Source: Microthyrium microscopicum
Lineage: Eukaryota
NCBI GenBank assembly: GCA_010405405.1
Contig: MU004245.1
Span: 313,256-377,255, forward strand
Reading direction: 5' to 3'
Length of the DNA stretch: 64,000 nt
How positions within the stretch are numbered: position 1 is the stretch's first letter; every line of letters begins with the position of its first letter. The notes under the pieces are model-generated. The model saw nothing but the letters and a program-made list of their open reading frames with translations, was not told where the DNA came from and did not search any database. Both the position numbers and the translations under genes were made by a program. Below, one piece after another: positions 61,310 to 64,000 of this stretch.

Positions 61310-64000
61310 ATGAGCGCCCCTAACACGAATCCGAAAAGTCTCTCGGCTGACCATTGTCTCCTCCTCGCCGCCCATTTTGCAAGCGAGTCGAATATATCTT
61401 CTCTAAACACGATAGCAAGCTTGCGACCCGACGCTCTCAACACTTCTCTCCTCCTCCAGATTATACTTACGTACCTCCCGGAAGCTATTGAACCCGAGCA
61501 GTATGTTGGATTCATAGATACTGCTCTTCATGGAGGATTGTCAGCGCTAGATATTTCGTCTACTGTCGACATCAGCTACGTCGCTGAACTCAGCGCGTCT
61601 AAAGCTCGAAGTCGCGCAAACAAGCTACAACTGCTCAAGCTCTCCCTCCCAACATTTCCGGAAGCTGAATACCCCGAACCTATCGTTCAGTTCATAATAC
61701 ATCGCGCTCACAATATCGAAGAGCAAACCGGCCTCGTCACTTTGATTCCACCGCTTGTCAATCCATTCCTTGAACGATACCCTTCCTTGCGTACATGGTT
61801 TATATCCTGTGTTCTTCCGCTCTTACGTCTTGGCTACGAGTACTATCCAGATCAGGAGCACACCATAATATTGAACCAGGTGGAACTGGCTGATAATGTG
61901 GGTGGAGTGCTTCTTTGGTTGAGCCCGGCTCTCTCAACGACAGAAGACCCCCAAAAGAGCATAGAAATCGCGAGAAGTAATGCTACCTATCTTGCTCGCG
62001 ATCTGAAAGGATTGATGGGGCCTTGGATGTATGGTGAAACAGACCGAAAGCGAAGACGACTCAATCATACCCAATTGAAGAGGCATCGTTCGTCAGCAAG
62101 CAGACCAGACAATGATTTGCCAGGTACCGAGAATGTGGACGGTGCTGATAGCAGTGGATGGCACGGTGCCTTTCAGAAGATTGTAGAGATAGCAAAGACC
62201 GACTTTCCTCTTGTTGCGGATGCTATAGATCAATGGAATGGCCCAGAGGACCTCGATTTGGGTGGCTACGTCGATTCCATCTCTTCAGATGACCAGGAAC
62301 TTGCACAGAGCTACATACAAACTGCATTTGCCAGCATATATGCGTCAGAACTGGGAAGCAAACAGGCTGCTGCCATTGCTTGGAGAATTCTGGGCCGAAT
62401 AGGTGCCCTAATGGACATTCACGACGAACTTCCAGACTTGGAAGACCAGGCAGAACAGCTATCTGGTCTCACGGATCCGAAGTTAGAGATCAAGGAATTA
62501 CCAAATGCTATACTAGATCCCGAATCACTCTTGCGAAAGGACCATCCCCTGACCGCAGTATCTAAGAACAACCTACTCAGTGCACAGTACTTCATACTGT
62601 CTACATTTCTCCTCATGCACTACGGACAATCTTTATCAGTGATTGGAACTGTGAAATGCAAGTTCCATTTGGATAAGGAGGAACAATCAATCATGTTTCA
62701 GAAGCTCCTCCATCACCTTGCGACTACCTCAAATCGATCCGACTCAGAATGGATGGAGACCAGAAGGAGGCTGCTCTGGTTATGGGGATGGGGATCAGAG
62801 ATCACAGACTCAGAGACTGGAAATGGAATATTTGGCAAAGCTAGTCGCAAAACCATCGAGAAAGACATCCTAGAGGCACTGGTGCAATCGGGAAGCTACT
62901 CGACGGTCACCAACTTATACATCAAAGGCAGCGAAAAGTTCCTACTACCAGAAGAAGCTGAGCAAGTCATAGCCTCCACTGCTCTTCATTACTACGACAA
63001 CGCCAGCAACGGCAACCGGCACCGCGGCACCATGAAGAAAGCATCCGACATCATCGCCGCCTTTGCCAAATACTACCCCAAATCCACCACATTCCCACGC
63101 TTGCAGGCCCTCCTCGCTGCCACCCACGCCATGTCTTCCTACTCTCTCACACTCCAACACGGCGTTCCCTTCCAGCCCGTCAACATCCGCGTCTCCTCAG
63201 ACCCTCTCTCCCTTATTGAGAAAATCCTCTCCCAAAATCCAGGCTCCTACGCCAAAGCCACCGACCTCGTATCCATCGGCACCAATCTCATCGCCGCAGG
63301 CCTCACTGCCAGCGCAGATGATCCACCAATCTCCAAAGCGAGCCTCGAAACCCGGCAATCTGCCGCCCAGCGTCGCGTCATCGGCATGGCTATCGAAGCC
63401 GCGCTAGCCGAAGACGACTTTGAAACAGCATACAGCTACGTAGTCAACCGTCTCGATACTTCCTCCGCTACCATGCATGCGCCAACCACGAGCTCAGACG
63501 ACGATGACATTGCATGGCGCGCTGCATTAGCTGCTGGGAAACACAAGTCCAACTCATCTGCAGCACCGAATACGCGCCGTCTCGAGCAGCGCATGGATCT
63601 GCTTTCCCAAGCTCTCCTCCTCGCACCACCATCCGCCCTTCCTGAAATCTTGTCTGCCTGGCGTCGTTGCGAAGAAGAGATGAGCGCTGTTCTTGCTGCG
63701 GAAGCTGCCACGGAAGCGGAGTTGGACGAAGGACTTGTGCCGGGCGCGTACATAGAAAGTGCAGCGCCCGTACAGGCCCGGCGGGAAGTCGGAAGAGGCG
63801 CAAACGAGGAGGCGCCAATGGGACTATTTGACGTTGCACGTGGAGCAGCGGGCGCGTTCGCAAAGAGCGCGTTTCCATTGCGCGGTGGGCAGGGAACACA
63901 GCCGGTGCAAGTGGTGGATACGGTGGGAAGTGATGGCGAGATGGGCAGTGATGATGGAATGGGACGTGTTAGACGACGAGATATGGTTGCTAGTGCGGTG
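61310..64000 (+). CDS. SEC39: Sec39 (Dsl1 tethering complex), 3'-truncated by window; absent from the ORF track because there is no stop in the window
   Basis: Open frame from ATG 61310: LS..HC.LLA, ILTYLPE, PWMYG, LLWLW.W, YYDNASNGNR.RG.MKKA, L.LQHGVPFQPVNIR, AL.EDDFETAYSYV. Confidence 0.9.
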   Translation, partial: MSAPNTNPKSLSADHCLLLAAHFASESNISSLNTIASLRPDALNTSLLLQIILTYLPEAIEPEQYVGFIDTALHGGLSALDISSTVDISYVAELSASKARSRANKLQLLKLSLPTFPEAEYPEPIVQFIIHRAHNIEEQTGLVTLIPPLVNPFLERYPSLRTWFISCVLPLLRLGYEYYPDQEHTIILNQVELADNVGGVLLWLSPALSTTEDPQKSIEIARSNATYLARDLKGLMGPWMYGETDRKRRRLNHTQLKRHRSSASRPDNDLPGTENVDGADSSGWHGAFQKIVEIAKTDFPLVADAIDQWNGPEDLDLGGYVDSISSDDQELAQSYIQTAFASIYASELGSKQAAAIAWRILGRIGALMDIHDELPDLEDQAEQLSGLTDPKLEIKELPNAILDPESLLRKDHPLTAVSKNNLLSAQYFILSTFLLMHYGQSLSVIGTVKCKFHLDKEEQSIMFQKLLHHLATTSNRSDSEWMETRRRLLWLWGWGSEITDSETGNGIFGKASRKTIEKDILEALVQSGSYSTVTNLYIKGSEKFLLPEEAEQVIASTALHYYDNASNGNRHRGTMKKASDIIAAFAKYYPKSTTFPRLQALLAATHAMSSYSLTLQHGVPFQPVNIRVSSDPLSLIEKILSQNPGSYAKATDLVSIGTNLIAAGLTASADDPPISKASLETRQSAAQRRVIGMAIEAALAEDDFETAYSYVVNRLDTSSATMHAPTTSSDDDDIAWRAALAAGKHKSNSSAAPNTRRLEQRMDLLSQALLLAPPSALPEILSAWRRCEEEMSAVLAAEAATEAELDEGLVPGAYIESAAPVQARREVGRGANEEAPMGLFDVARGAAGAFAKSAFPLRGGQGTQPVQVVDTVGSDGEMGSDDGMGRVRRRDMVASAV

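Overview
Gene-dense, intron-rich (mostly ~50-nt GT..AG introns with CTAAC/CTGAC branch points) chromosomal region of a filamentous ascomycete (Pezizomycotina). About 32 protein-coding genes; I recognised no tRNA/rRNA, CRISPR or intact transposon. The core is housekeeping (PRP45, glutaredoxin, LMBR1, EAF7, TAF9, CMC1-like, CDC20, DBP8, MRP49, GET2-like, RLP24, FMP52, SEC39, esdC) interleaved with accessory genes. Best leads: (1) at the left end, an NCS2/UapA-family permease that has lost both key purine-binding residues, clustered with an aldehyde dehydrogenase, a divergent beta-carbonic anhydrase and a Tri101-like acyltransferase (possible unknown catabolic/detox module); (2) a tripartite fungal NLR (SesB-like hydrolase with Cys at the nucleophile position + NACHT + ankyrins) head-to-head with a DUF6601-like membrane protein (possible immune pair); (3) a 3.9-kb segment (APH-family kinase + tiny Cys/His ORF) bounded by an exact 20-bp hairpin-forming direct repeat; (4) a 3-nt micro-exon in MRP49, a long structured intron in RLP24, a UaY/GATA-like composite site before an NCS1 permease, and a recurrent strand-specific 3'UTR motif GATACCC. 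Splice models and family calls were made by eye from motifs and are not database-verified.
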